From Patescibacteria group bacterium (GTDB lineage Bacteria; Patescibacteriota; Patescibacteriia; Magasanikbacterales; JBBTQS01), in the NCBI GenBank assembly GCA_038065555.1, contig JBBTQS010000001.1, positions 741 to 64,740 on the forward strand: DNA of 64,000 nt. The letters are read 5' to 3'. The position numbers were made by a program, and so were the translations under genes. The notes under the pieces are model-generated. The model was given only the letters and a program-made list of their open reading frames with translations. It did no database searches and was not told the origin of the DNA. Shown in pieces: positions 21,701-28,125 of the stretch (position 1 is the first letter of the stretch; every line of letters starts with the position of its first letter).

Positions 21701-21910
21701 CAATACGGAGGTTCGTGTCAGTTCTGCTCCAAGCAGTGCAAGATCCAAACACAATCTGGTGGATCATGTGGTGATGGCAAGCGTCAGATCGCCGAGCAGT
21801 GTGACGGAACAGATTTGGGTAGCAAGACCTGTAAGGATTTTGTGAGCAGTTCGTCGAAGAAGCTCACGTGTAATACCAACTGCACGTACAATCAGAATGC
21901 ATGTAAGTAA
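12740..21910 (+). CDS. Giant (3056 aa) surface protein: T4SS pilin-like N-terminal domain, Gly/Ser linker, IPT/TIG-like domains, multiple Myxococcus-type Cys-rich repeats
   Basis: The N-terminal 120 aa are a near-identical paralog of the 10850 gene product (VLYGGFLWMTAAGNEDQVASAKKVLINAGIGLVIIMSSFAITQFVL). A GSGSSDGIGGSGGSGGSG linker follows. IPT/TIG-like modules are present (ITGVSPGNGGEGQWVTVQGKFFG..). At least 12 repeats of the form CG(N/D)G..E.CD(D/G)(GN)..SGDGCS..C occur at about aa 1715-1900 and 2690-3050. Confidence 0.9.
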   Translation: MLRSFFRQLAFLGIAATLVAATAVFTEPTAVYAQVDTELTNFQESTGLGNTDIRVTIGNVVRVVLGFLGIIAVCLVLYGGFLWMTAAGNEDQVASAKKVLINAGIGLVIIMSSFAITQFVLSNLQEATGTGTGSGSSDGIGGSGGSGGSGSGSGGLKSFVVRSISPRETLPNKNVTLHIVFSENVANTNLEKSITVRKNGETTLVPVTVNAQGSRVTVKATTPCAEARGSFCFDGDTQYTIEIAGGKDGVQSSSGKALLCGVGNECNARFKTGNAVDTQAPTVTITSPTGGALVAQAPATNIQALVGDDLGISLVEFMVDGTVVDSKAVVAMQSLPVTVSSNAWDASALALNSSHTITVRVYDVNDHNTLSSSVTVRIVPSYCFDGQQTPNTDEIGRDCSPKGGACGQCDGGCTDNTQCASGTCAVPAAGGDKQCLNLPTITGVSPGNGGEGQWVTVQGKFFGNSGTVSFLNPDGSAAKIVAPLAQCTGGSSAWTDRAIVLEVPKGLTPGTAYPILVETSASSDATNDDRGPKFDGVFMVKEQSGPTPGICSITPASGKAGSTVMIHGKNFPADQATMKLRFGGVEGTLAPRQQQTTFASGQVPNVAPGTYATDFVVGGVASNAVPFTVSGDGAKPAPSIISLSLDKGAVRQYITIKGSNFGEFQNLIKFIRLNDQLVPTDEVTYGDFSFPKQCATVGTWSDASVVVKVPQVVDGKYHIVVVRSDSDNDVSNNESNRVVFTVNRDPLTPGLCALVPDNGPTGLAVSLYGDGFGATPGAVLFQKDSIYNGVASRWSQSTVGAAVPSSATTGEVVVRSDAGTRSNPQIFTVQNCNQKPGVCGGNEQCCGNGACIPRTDASTGKALSCTSYNVPEASYTFSFYTGKGDFDPNNYPPAVVEECVGGKLPSPTPWIKHPGGDGACVNALLGVKFTIPLDQATLTYDRGRNSTVLLFACKDAACAEVEDAPVAIDPTTFNYSDLADSDGSKNSIQSYLSFAPKSPLTPRTTYMVVLTDKITGQMNGMSMVPNPAKCGGTAAASFGAYCYTFKVSDTGLSCTLGAVDVSPAKFNVGDPNMISESSKYALSPVPFWEVAEDGTKTKKFGPLEWSALGIAKNSKCILVNACGADSSWTWASQHTDVGVPSGVPSGAQCKRYMKVTGESAKTVSETGAVSVVPTEVTATENTSKLADKSLFTVNYGAPTVLEQCGGTIQSPSPWDKRQGGTNVCVNAIVNIVFSQRMDQSSFAGNPVEIRKCTGTGANPCATTSEPLSTVATFKTKDDQHDGLSVALVGNQFFDKATTYRVGVRSTLKGATGVQMEQRPGCNPGESYCYSFRTRDDDKACEVDKVQVAPDTQSTYALGLVRDKKGVAVPYEAEAVSSDSCVLLNANAYQWNWAAQAPYAAVYAVAEQKTYTTLTNSGPSQQMWAQLPTTGRAPAEIQVALAGSTKVANSTLAINLLPPTILSNEPSCTSACSNVQISATFSQEMDTASFGLGTATPSVAVLKCTNESCLFPTDAAGALTAEAFAAQIPLQLEPQSGVYDDLTTQTGTSYLMALAHETLLPNTYYRAVVRVGDKGVFTSDTKSTIALTSLNESRRYPAGMAAYYSWTFKTRPDGSVCTVANAELRPKETVVQASGLISEVAVFAKSAADVCSAGGQTLQASDYSWQWNIANTSVAQFLNGTAADTADATAGGACTARCVARGTVAAGTPVCGNSVKESGESCDDSNALSGDGCSNRCLVEPSVRIQQGGTCGNNKVESGELCDGQPGCNQGTCTWMGASAGLAVCGNGDIGAGEECDGGLYCTSSCLLKGSTPGAAVCGDGNLQPGEDAYCEEFWHANGPGATSSACTNTCVLRGGLTEENKQGGAFCGNGTVEPQTGEACDDGNALSGDGCSLKCLHEGAATTYAQPSVCGNGSAETGESPSCEIVGANATAGDGKIDATQFIRGLSGGAVSKNNRRETAITAAVAQTNAVAEGTYAIQCGYTADSQCPAGAGVGADSCCYARPRVLTETALPASGSAAVCRNALITIEFNEQIDPATVNTSTVRLFVQSATADACTKNGGTVIAQSLINPDDPWYRRAWFTMVNEVRGWFDAAPAYAAVNCGYYFNAELADLQNIGSGSVGVRSKLFITPTELLGEKQVYTVEITQAVRNMMGVRIAEAYTWKFTTGKTLCTLAAVDVEPATHVFTSTGPSSNANMIATAYAKQGNDFTPIVSTSKYAWSWAWKVTHADRAVITSQNNTKAVAAPGPKRGETTIRATATVTTDLISPAPTTGGSLQGFGALVNANCDVPWPDATTKIGNNPVSFPYADRDMHFSLWYCRGNLPTTDTPAPKVLPAFQLYRPTEKVTAGTELLSSLLLRHPSAGDAIGLRVYSNVEGLSPMDWYAKQGFSGKPSATTLAGYEAIQDGTTYYIAFVNVSNPTGSYVWPETIHPRNRNSKYVNILAISHNQDATPETKAVFAQLLENLKFSTNIEAKWNQGVCAVVGANGAVGQTTFGTNPAREISCSSRLDCVNNKEKIAVPAAVECLAFNEQLSRDAVRWSDLREIQGAVTGFKAQYGSAPTLGQGTYVPSMAVSAWDSWNTVFGKQIGDSSLPQDPINAFAAGCEGDAATCWNGATSKYMCTAGSHVYSYTTSKNAAGFKLGVDFETIKDSSQRWNNVVASAYQVYGNCTGVPMAAGGICGDGILNLTEQCEAGQMIGAVGGITDPNAQTCTVSDAKGNTYPGAYIYSCPKSCQYYSAAELKSNKIACQPLGSCGDGVMNGNEMCDDGSLNGSYNHCASDCRSKMSAAGRCGDGVLQKEQGEMCDVTRCEYTNVQCSTTETSNSCPVVMAHMSSTIYPGMVYLRYGANGKAQGETLKYFSKSTATKDFPVGTQLKCLGAQTTYAPTQAKSCNWDCLSYGPYCGDGVKNGTEKCDGTQMSDEACTTAQGLPGTVAYTCTASCSARSKTCVAKPLAGGASSAPVCGDGVRQGDEGCDSGTNNGDGCTAQYGGSCQFCSKQCKIQTQSGGSCGDGKRQIAEQCDGTDLGSKTCKDFVSSSSKKLTCNTNCTYNQNACK
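12836..13122 (+). repeat. Paralogous pilin-domain module, copy 2
   Basis: Direct comparison with 10946..11232; both copies are in the same orientation. Confidence 0.7.
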
Positions 21911-21917
21911 TCAAATG

Positions 21918-21926
21918 TGGTACAAT
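21918..21926 (+). promoter_or_regulatory. Extended -10-like element TGgTACAAT
   Basis: tgTGgTACAATag lies immediately downstream of the giant gene's stop and 26 nt upstream of ATG 21952. Confidence 0.3.
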
Positions 21927-21951
21927 AGTGCCATCACGTTTAACGCGTCGT

Positions 21952-22677
21952 ATGTTCGATACAACACCTAATGCGCAGCAGCCTGGCACTGTGCCACAGC
22001 CTGAGAATGCGCCAGCGACTTTTGAGAGTGCGGAGTTCGGTGCTACTGCGATTCAGGCAGGCAAGCTCAAGCCTATCAGTGAAAAATCTGAAAAGGATAT
22101 GGGTGTACCAGGGGATGATGTTGGGGCATACGAATTTCAGGCGCCGCATGCGCAGAACAAATGGTTCTTGATCACGTTTGCCATTCTCGGAGTTGCAGCA
22201 CTCGGAGGACTTTCGTGGTGGGCATACAATGCGTATACCGCATCGATGGACACCGCAGTTCCAGCTGCAGCAACTGATGTGGTTCCTGCCGAAGAGGCGG
22301 TGGTTGAGGAGGAGGTAAGTCCTTATGATGATGTGATTGCTCCTACTACCACGACAACACCAGTACTCACAAGTCCTGTAGCCACGAGTACTCCTTCGCA
22401 AGAACCAAGTGAGGTAATTGCGGCGACAGATATTGACAATGATGGTCTCTCAGATGTAGACGAAGTACGCGATGGATCAGATCCACGCGACGCGGACTCA
22501 GATGATGACGGACTTACAGATGCACAAGAAGTACTTCAGTACGGTACGAGCCCAACGAATCCAGATTCAGACGGGGATACGTACTCTGACGGTACAGAAG
22601 TGAAGAACGGATACAATCCTAAGGGTAATGGAATGCTCCCTGCTGCTGCAACGAGCACTGCTCCGTTTGCACAATAG
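21952..22677 (+). CDS. Single-pass membrane protein with Asp-rich Ca-binding-like repeats
   Basis: Cytoplasmic N-terminus, one TM helix (WFLITFAILGVAALGGLSWWAY), a Thr/Pro-rich linker, then DIDNDGLSDVDE, DSDDDGLTDAQE and DSDGDTYSDGTE repeats of thrombospondin-type-3-like DxDxDG form. Confidence 0.7.
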   Translation: MFDTTPNAQQPGTVPQPENAPATFESAEFGATAIQAGKLKPISEKSEKDMGVPGDDVGAYEFQAPHAQNKWFLITFAILGVAALGGLSWWAYNAYTASMDTAVPAAATDVVPAEEAVVEEEVSPYDDVIAPTTTTTPVLTSPVATSTPSQEPSEVIAATDIDNDGLSDVDEVRDGSDPRDADSDDDGLTDAQEVLQYGTSPTNPDSDGDTYSDGTEVKNGYNPKGNGMLPAAATSTAPFAQ

Positions 22678-22692
22678 TCACACACGACACGC

Positions 22693-23919
22693 ATGTTTGG
22701 TTCCAAGCAATCACCAACGGGCCCAGCAACCTCATCCGAGATTCCGGATGAGTCGTTGCGCATCCATACCATCCCCAAGGCGTTCTATGGCAAAACCATC
22801 AGCGCTGCTGATGCTGCGCCAACTCCAGATCAGATGAATCCGCAGATGGGTGCAACGCCTCGCGTTGCTACTGCGCCAGTTGCTGCACAGGCGACGACAG
22901 CTGGGTCGGTTTTTGACACTCCAGGTCCTGGAGCTAGCGCGCAGATTGCACACGCACCGACACATGCATCAAAGATGAAAATCGTGTTGTGGAGTGGACT
23001 CGGTGTACTCGTGCTCGCAGTTGCAGGAACTGCAACGTGGATGTACACACGCACACCAGATCCATCACCGGTTATTGATGTGCCGCCAGTTGTGGTGCTG
23101 CAAGATACCGAAGATACAACCCCGCAGGACTCCATTACCACACCAACGAGCACCGTAGACATTGTGACGCCACCACCAGTAGATCCCGACATGTTGTTGG
23201 CAATCGCACCAGTGGGCGACACCATCGACTTCGACGGTGATGGACTCACAGACATCGAAGAAGAACTCTACAAAACAGACCCAGCCATTGCTGACACTGA
23301 TTTGGATACATTTACCGACGGTGTTGAGCTCACGAATTTGTTCGATCCACTTGTAGAAGCGCCTGCGATGCTCATGGAGTCACCCAATATTCAGCAGTAC
23401 ACCAATCCCGTGCACAACTACACCGTTGTTCACCCAAGTGACTGGTTGGCAGCTCCTGTTGATGAACGAACTAGTGATGAGCTCACATTCACATCTCTCA
23501 CCGGCGAGTTCGTGACAATCCAGTCATTCCCGCTGAAGGAGAACGAGCTATTTGTTTCGTGGTTTGCAGCGCACAATCAGTCATACCAGTACAGTGGTCT
23601 CACGTCATGGGCGAATCGTCGCGGGGTTACTGGTTGGTACGAGGCGTCGTTCATGCGATTCTATTTTGTGAATGCAAAAGGGGTGTATGTCATGGAGTAT
23701 CATCCTGGGATTCGTAATGCAGTCAACTTCCGTCGCAGTGTGCGTATGATGGCAGAGAGCTTTGCGTTCACTGAGGAGCTTATGGAAGGACCTGAAGAGG
23801 TCGTAGAGCCGGTGACAACTTCTACCCCAGCAACCACCACGACAACCACCACCACGAGTACTCCGTCTGCACCAGTACAGGAGGCGATCGAGCCGACCGC
23901 AACGTCCACCACACCTTGA
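22693..23919 (+). CDS. Single-pass membrane protein with Asp-rich repeats and C-terminal globular domain (paralog of preceding gene)
   Basis: Same N-terminal architecture as the preceding gene: TM helix KIVLWSGLGVLVLAVAGTATWMY, repeats DFDGDGLTDIEE and DTDLDTFTDGVE, then a soluble domain of about 150 aa and a poly-Thr tail. Confidence 0.7.
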   Translation: MFGSKQSPTGPATSSEIPDESLRIHTIPKAFYGKTISAADAAPTPDQMNPQMGATPRVATAPVAAQATTAGSVFDTPGPGASAQIAHAPTHASKMKIVLWSGLGVLVLAVAGTATWMYTRTPDPSPVIDVPPVVVLQDTEDTTPQDSITTPTSTVDIVTPPPVDPDMLLAIAPVGDTIDFDGDGLTDIEEELYKTDPAIADTDLDTFTDGVELTNLFDPLVEAPAMLMESPNIQQYTNPVHNYTVVHPSDWLAAPVDERTSDELTFTSLTGEFVTIQSFPLKENELFVSWFAAHNQSYQYSGLTSWANRRGVTGWYEASFMRFYFVNAKGVYVMEYHPGIRNAVNFRRSVRMMAESFAFTEELMEGPEEVVEPVTTSTPATTTTTTTTSTPSAPVQEAIEPTATSTTP

Positions 23920-23924
23920 GCCCC

Positions 23925-24380
23925 ATGACTATCGAGACGGTTTCATATGTTCGAACAGGAGGTATTTCGCGTGCACTTGTCACGCGAGTTGTTGGTGCTG
24001 CCGCGCGTGCACTGCGCGTTCCTGAGAATCGAACCATTGCAGTGGTTCTTGCTGGAGATGAGCGCATGAAGACATTGCACGCCAAGTACTCAGGCGAAGC
24101 AACGGTCACAGACGTGCTTTCATTTCCTGCACATGAATCACACGGGGCGAAATGGCCGCGTCGTGGTGAGGACGAAGTTGCGCTAGGCGAGTTGGTCCTG
24201 TGTGTGCCGCAGATAGTGCGGCAAGCGCGTACGCACAAGGTGACAATTCGTGAGGAAGCAACGCGCATGCTCGTACATGGACTGCTGCATCTTCTGGGCC
24301 ACGACCACGGCAAGAAGTCGCAGGCAGACAAAATGTATGCGCTGCAGGAGAAAATAGTGTATACTATCAGCAAATCTTGA
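23925..24380 (+). CDS. ybeY: rRNA maturation endoribonuclease YbeY
   Basis: HGLLHLLGHDH metal-binding motif and typical length. Confidence 0.85.
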   Translation: MTIETVSYVRTGGISRALVTRVVGAAARALRVPENRTIAVVLAGDERMKTLHAKYSGEATVTDVLSFPAHESHGAKWPRRGEDEVALGELVLCVPQIVRQARTHKVTIREEATRMLVHGLLHLLGHDHGKKSQADKMYALQEKIVYTISKS

Positions 24381-24386
24381 AATCCC

Positions 24387-25655
24387 ATGCGTGCAAAGAT
24401 GCGTGAAGAATACATCTGTGGACTTGATGTCGGCTCGACCGCCGTCCGCATTGCTGTTGGGCAGCCAATGGTGCGCGCAGAAGGTGATGAAACCATGCAC
24501 ATTATTGGTGCAGCAGAAGTCCAGTCCGAAGGAGTGCACAAAGGCATTGTCACAAGCATCGAAGACACGGTGTCTTGTATTAGTGCATGTCTCGAGCGCG
24601 CCGAACGCATGATCGGTGGACCAGTAGAACATATGTGGGTTGCCATTTCTGGCAGCCATATTTTGTCACAGGATAGCAAAGGTGTGGTTGCAGTCTCTCG
24701 CAACGATGGTGAGATTGCCGAAGAAGATGTGCAGCGCGCTATCGAAGCAGCTCGCACCGTTGCAACACCGATCAACTACGAAATTCTCCACGTGCTACCT
24801 AAGAGCTTCACGGTCGATGGTCAGTCAGGGATCAAGGATCCTGTGGGCATGACAGGTGTTCGACTCGAGGTAGATGCACAAATAATCCAAGGCGTTTCGT
24901 CGCAGATCAAGAATCTCACTCGCTCGGTGTATCGCACGGGCGTGGATATCGATGATCTAGTACTCGGCATCCTCGCAACAGGCGAAGCCGTGATTACGCG
25001 CAGACAAAAAGAACTCGGCGCAGTGGTTGTGAATCTCGGCGGATCAACGACGAGTGTTGCGATCTACGAAGAAGGAGATGTGATCCACTCAGCTGTGTTA
25101 CCTGTTGGATCTGAGCACATCACCAATGACATTGCACTCGGGCTGCGCACATCCATCGATGTCGCAGAGCGTGTGAAGATCGAATACGGAACCGCCGTAT
25201 CCGAAGGTGTGCACAAGAAGGAAGTAATTAATCTCGCAGATCTCGGGTCGGAGAACGCTGAGGAAGTCTCGCGCAAATATGTTGCGGAGATTATCGAAGC
25301 ACGTGTCCAAGAAATTTTTGAAATGGTTGATGCTGAGCTCAAGAAGGTTGGTCGCAGCAGACTCTTGCCTGCCGGGATCATTCTCACCGGTGGCGGCTCG
25401 AAGTTGCCGGGAATCGTTGAGGCTGCGAAGGAATCACTCTACCTTCCAGCAACACTCGGCTATCCGTTGGAAGTCAGCTCGGTAACTGACAAGGTCAACG
25501 ATCTCGCGTTCTCCACAGCGATCGGACTCGTGCAGTGGGGGATGTCGGTGAAGAGTAGCGGCAGCGGCACCATGGGTAGCGTCATTTCCAAATTCAAGAC
25601 CGTAGACAAAGTAAGTAAACAAGTCAGAAAGTGGTTCAAATCGTTGATTCCGTAG
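24387..25655 (+). CDS. ftsA: Cell division protein FtsA
   Basis: Actin-like ATPase motifs GLDVGSTAVRIAVG and GGGSKLPGIVE. Lies immediately upstream of ftsZ. Confidence 0.9.
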   Translation: MRAKMREEYICGLDVGSTAVRIAVGQPMVRAEGDETMHIIGAAEVQSEGVHKGIVTSIEDTVSCISACLERAERMIGGPVEHMWVAISGSHILSQDSKGVVAVSRNDGEIAEEDVQRAIEAARTVATPINYEILHVLPKSFTVDGQSGIKDPVGMTGVRLEVDAQIIQGVSSQIKNLTRSVYRTGVDIDDLVLGILATGEAVITRRQKELGAVVVNLGGSTTSVAIYEEGDVIHSAVLPVGSEHITNDIALGLRTSIDVAERVKIEYGTAVSEGVHKKEVINLADLGSENAEEVSRKYVAEIIEARVQEIFEMVDAELKKVGRSRLLPAGIILTGGGSKLPGIVEAAKESLYLPATLGYPLEVSSVTDKVNDLAFSTAIGLVQWGMSVKSSGSGTMGSVISKFKTVDKVSKQVRKWFKSLIP

Positions 25656-25724
25656 GGCATATCCTTGTATTCCCAGGCGGTTTTGCGGTACACTTCTCCT
25701 GTACTCAACCATTGAAGTTCCTGT

Positions 25725-27002
25725 ATGCCCGAAGTCAAACCTGCCCTCGAAACATTCGCGAAAATCAAAGTGATCGGTGTTGGTGGATCTGGTAATTCAG
25801 CCGTCAACCGCATGGTCGCCGCGAAGATTAGAGGAGTAGATTTTGTTGCAATCAATACGGATGTGCAGGCATTGCACCATGCGCTTGCACCAACGAAGCT
25901 CCACATCGGCAAGTCCATCACACGAGGACTCGGTGCAGGAATGGACCCCAACATGGGACGCGCCGCAGCCGAGGAATCGCAGCAGGAAGTGCGCGATCTC
26001 ATCAAGGGAACGGACATGGTGTTCATCACCTGCGGACTGGGTGGCGGAACCGGAACAGGTGCTGCACCAGAAGTAGCAAAGATCGCACGCGAACTTGGCA
26101 TCCTCACGGTTGCTGTAGTAACGAAGCCTTTCACATTCGAAGGCGCACAGCGTCGCGCAATTGCAGAGCAAGGCTACGCGGATCTCGAGAAGAATGTAGA
26201 CACGATCATTAGCATTCCTAATGATCGCATTTTGCAAATTATCGACAAGAAGACTTCGCTTCTGGACGCGTTTAAGATTGTAGATGATGTATTGCGTCAG
26301 GGTGTACAAGGTATTTCGGAGATTATTACATTGCCAGGACTCATCAACGTCGACTTTGCTGATGTGAAGGCGATTATGCGTGATGCGGGCAGCGCACTCA
26401 TGGGCATTGGTCGCGCAACAGGCGAGAACCGCGCCGTGGATGCTGCCAAGGCTGCTATTGCCAGCCCGCTTCTGGAAGTATCGATCGAAGGCGCGCGTGG
26501 CGTACTCTTCACTATCACTGGAGGACTTGATCTTGCGATGCAAGAAGTCAATGAGGCAGCTCGTGTGATCACCGAGAATACAGATGAAGACGCAAAGATT
26601 ATTTTTGGTGCCAATGTTGACGAGAACATGAAGGACGAAATCAAGATCACGGTGGTTGCAACAGGATTTGGCGAACGACGTGCACCTCGTGTCGAAGCAC
26701 AGCCAGAACGTCAGGGATATTTCCAGCAGCAGCAACCTCGCTCAAGTTATTTCCAATCACCACCTCAGCCGCAACAGCAAGCTCCGGTATACGCGAGCAC
26801 ACCGCCCGCACGTCCTGTGACGCCAGCGGTAGAGATGCCTGATCGCTCAGCAGATCTCATGGATCGTAATAAGAAGACGGTTCCTGCGCAGCCCAACAAG
26901 CCAGCAGTGCGTCGTGGTATGGAGGAGACTCCAGAGCTCCCAGCAGCGGACGAAGAGCTCGAGATTCCAGCATTCATTCGCCGCAAAATGGGTGGATCCT
27001 AA
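25725..27002 (+). CDS. ftsZ: Cell division protein FtsZ
   Basis: GGGTGTG tubulin signature; [15 protein letters not shown]; NTDVQAL; disordered Q/P-rich C-terminal tail. Confidence 0.95.
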   Translation: MPEVKPALETFAKIKVIGVGGSGNSAVNRMVAAKIRGVDFVAINTDVQALHHALAPTKLHIGKSITRGLGAGMDPNMGRAAAEESQQEVRDLIKGTDMVFITCGLGGGTGTGAAPEVAKIARELGILTVAVVTKPFTFEGAQRRAIAEQGYADLEKNVDTIISIPNDRILQIIDKKTSLLDAFKIVDDVLRQGVQGISEIITLPGLINVDFADVKAIMRDAGSALMGIGRATGENRAVDAAKAAIASPLLEVSIEGARGVLFTITGGLDLAMQEVNEAARVITENTDEDAKIIFGANVDENMKDEIKITVVATGFGERRAPRVEAQPERQGYFQQQQPRSSYFQSPPQPQQQAPVYASTPPARPVTPAVEMPDRSADLMDRNKKTVPAQPNKPAVRRGMEETPELPAADEELEIPAFIRRKMGGS

Positions 27003-27014
27003 GGACGCGCTGGT

Positions 27015-27506
27015 ATGCACTGTCCAGTCTGTCGCAGCAAAGAGACAAAGGTTGTAGATTCACGTGTCTCTCCAGACGGGTTGAGCATTCGTCGACGTCG
27101 TGAGTGTGAGAAGTGTGAGTATCGTTTCTCCACCAGTGAAGAAACCGAAATCCTCGATGTCATTGTTGTGAAGAATAATGGCACGCGCGAGGCATATTCA
27201 CGCGACAAGCTCGCACGAGGGCTCCACAAGTCACTTGAGAAGCGACCATTCACCGCAGATGCATTCAAATCCCTCCTGCATCGTATCGAGCAAGATATCC
27301 AAAAGAAGAAAAAGCGAGAAATCACCAGCCTTGAGTTAGGTGAACTCGTAATGAAACATTTGCAGAAGTTCGACTCGATCGCGTATATCCGGTTCGCAAG
27401 TGTGTACCGACAGTTCCAGGATGTAGACAGCTTCCAACGAGAACTCAACAAGATCGCGCGCAACAAACCCGCAGCGCGACCATCCACCAAACGCAAAAGT
27501 CTATGA
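27015..27506 (+). CDS. nrdR: Transcriptional repressor NrdR
   Basis: MHCPVCRSKETKVVDSRVSPDG zinc ribbon plus ATP-cone. AAGGA Shine-Dalgarno 9 nt upstream. Confidence 0.9.
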   Translation: MHCPVCRSKETKVVDSRVSPDGLSIRRRRECEKCEYRFSTSEETEILDVIVVKNNGTREAYSRDKLARGLHKSLEKRPFTADAFKSLLHRIEQDIQKKKKREITSLELGELVMKHLQKFDSIAYIRFASVYRQFQDVDSFQRELNKIARNKPAARPSTKRKSL

Positions 27507-27820
27507 CCGATGATCAGTTCAACGAGCTCAAGAAATTGCTGCAAAAGAATAACGAGTTGCTCGCAGAGAACACACGTCTCACGCACAACATCCGAAAAAT
27601 GCAGATCATCGGTTCGATCTGGACCTGGATCAAGATTGTGATTCTTGTTGCTACGATTCTCGCAGGTTTTATTTACTTGCCTCCTTTTATCAATGACCGG
27701 CTCAATAGTATCAGCACGTCCATTCGCACCGAAGGACCTGGTGCGATTCTTGAGCGATTTGGTGTTCATTTCGGTCAAGATGAAGTGAATCCCAATGACC
27801 CCACTCCAGCGAATCGCTGA
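27503..27820 (+). CDS. Small membrane protein (hypothetical)
   Basis: 105 aa. One TM helix (IWTWIKIVILVATILAGFIYL). Start overlaps the nrdR stop (ATGA); its 3' end overlaps the MGMT-like gene by 26 nt. Confidence 0.5.
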   Translation: MTDDQFNELKKLLQKNNELLAENTRLTHNIRKMQIIGSIWTWIKIVILVATILAGFIYLPPFINDRLNSISTSIRTEGPGAILERFGVHFGQDEVNPNDPTPANR

Positions 27821-28118
27821 TCTCTCGCCATTTACGCGTAGTGTATTGATCGCCTGTAGCAAGGTGCCGGCAGGCAAGGTGACGACGTATGCGCGATTGG
27901 CTGCAGTAATTGGTCGTCCACGTGCGCTGCGCGCTGTAGGAACAGCGCTTGGTGCTAATCCATGCATCGGCGAAATCCCGTGTCATCGTGTGGTGAAATC
28001 AAATGGGAGTGTCGGAGGATTTGCGCGCGGAACCGAAGACAAGGTCAAGCGGCTCACCCGCGAAGGCATACCCGTCAAGAACGGCCGTGTGGTACAATTA
28101 GACCAGTACCTCTTTTGA
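27795..28118 (+). CDS. ogt: Methylated-DNA--protein-cysteine methyltransferase, DNA-binding/active-site domain protein (Ogt/MGMT family)
   Basis: Active-site motif IPCHRVV. 107 aa, corresponding to the C-terminal MGMT domain only. Confidence 0.8.
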   Translation: MTPLQRIADLSPFTRSVLIACSKVPAGKVTTYARLAAVIGRPRALRAVGTALGANPCIGEIPCHRVVKSNGSVGGFARGTEDKVKRLTREGIPVKNGRVVQLDQYLF

Positions 28119-28125
28119 AATTTCT

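Noticed and set aside
25797-27967. 312-aa and 322-aa minus-strand ORFs opposite ftsZ/nrdR
   Set aside because: They are antisense to highly conserved ftsZ and nrdR. The long open frames arise from GC-rich codon periodicity.
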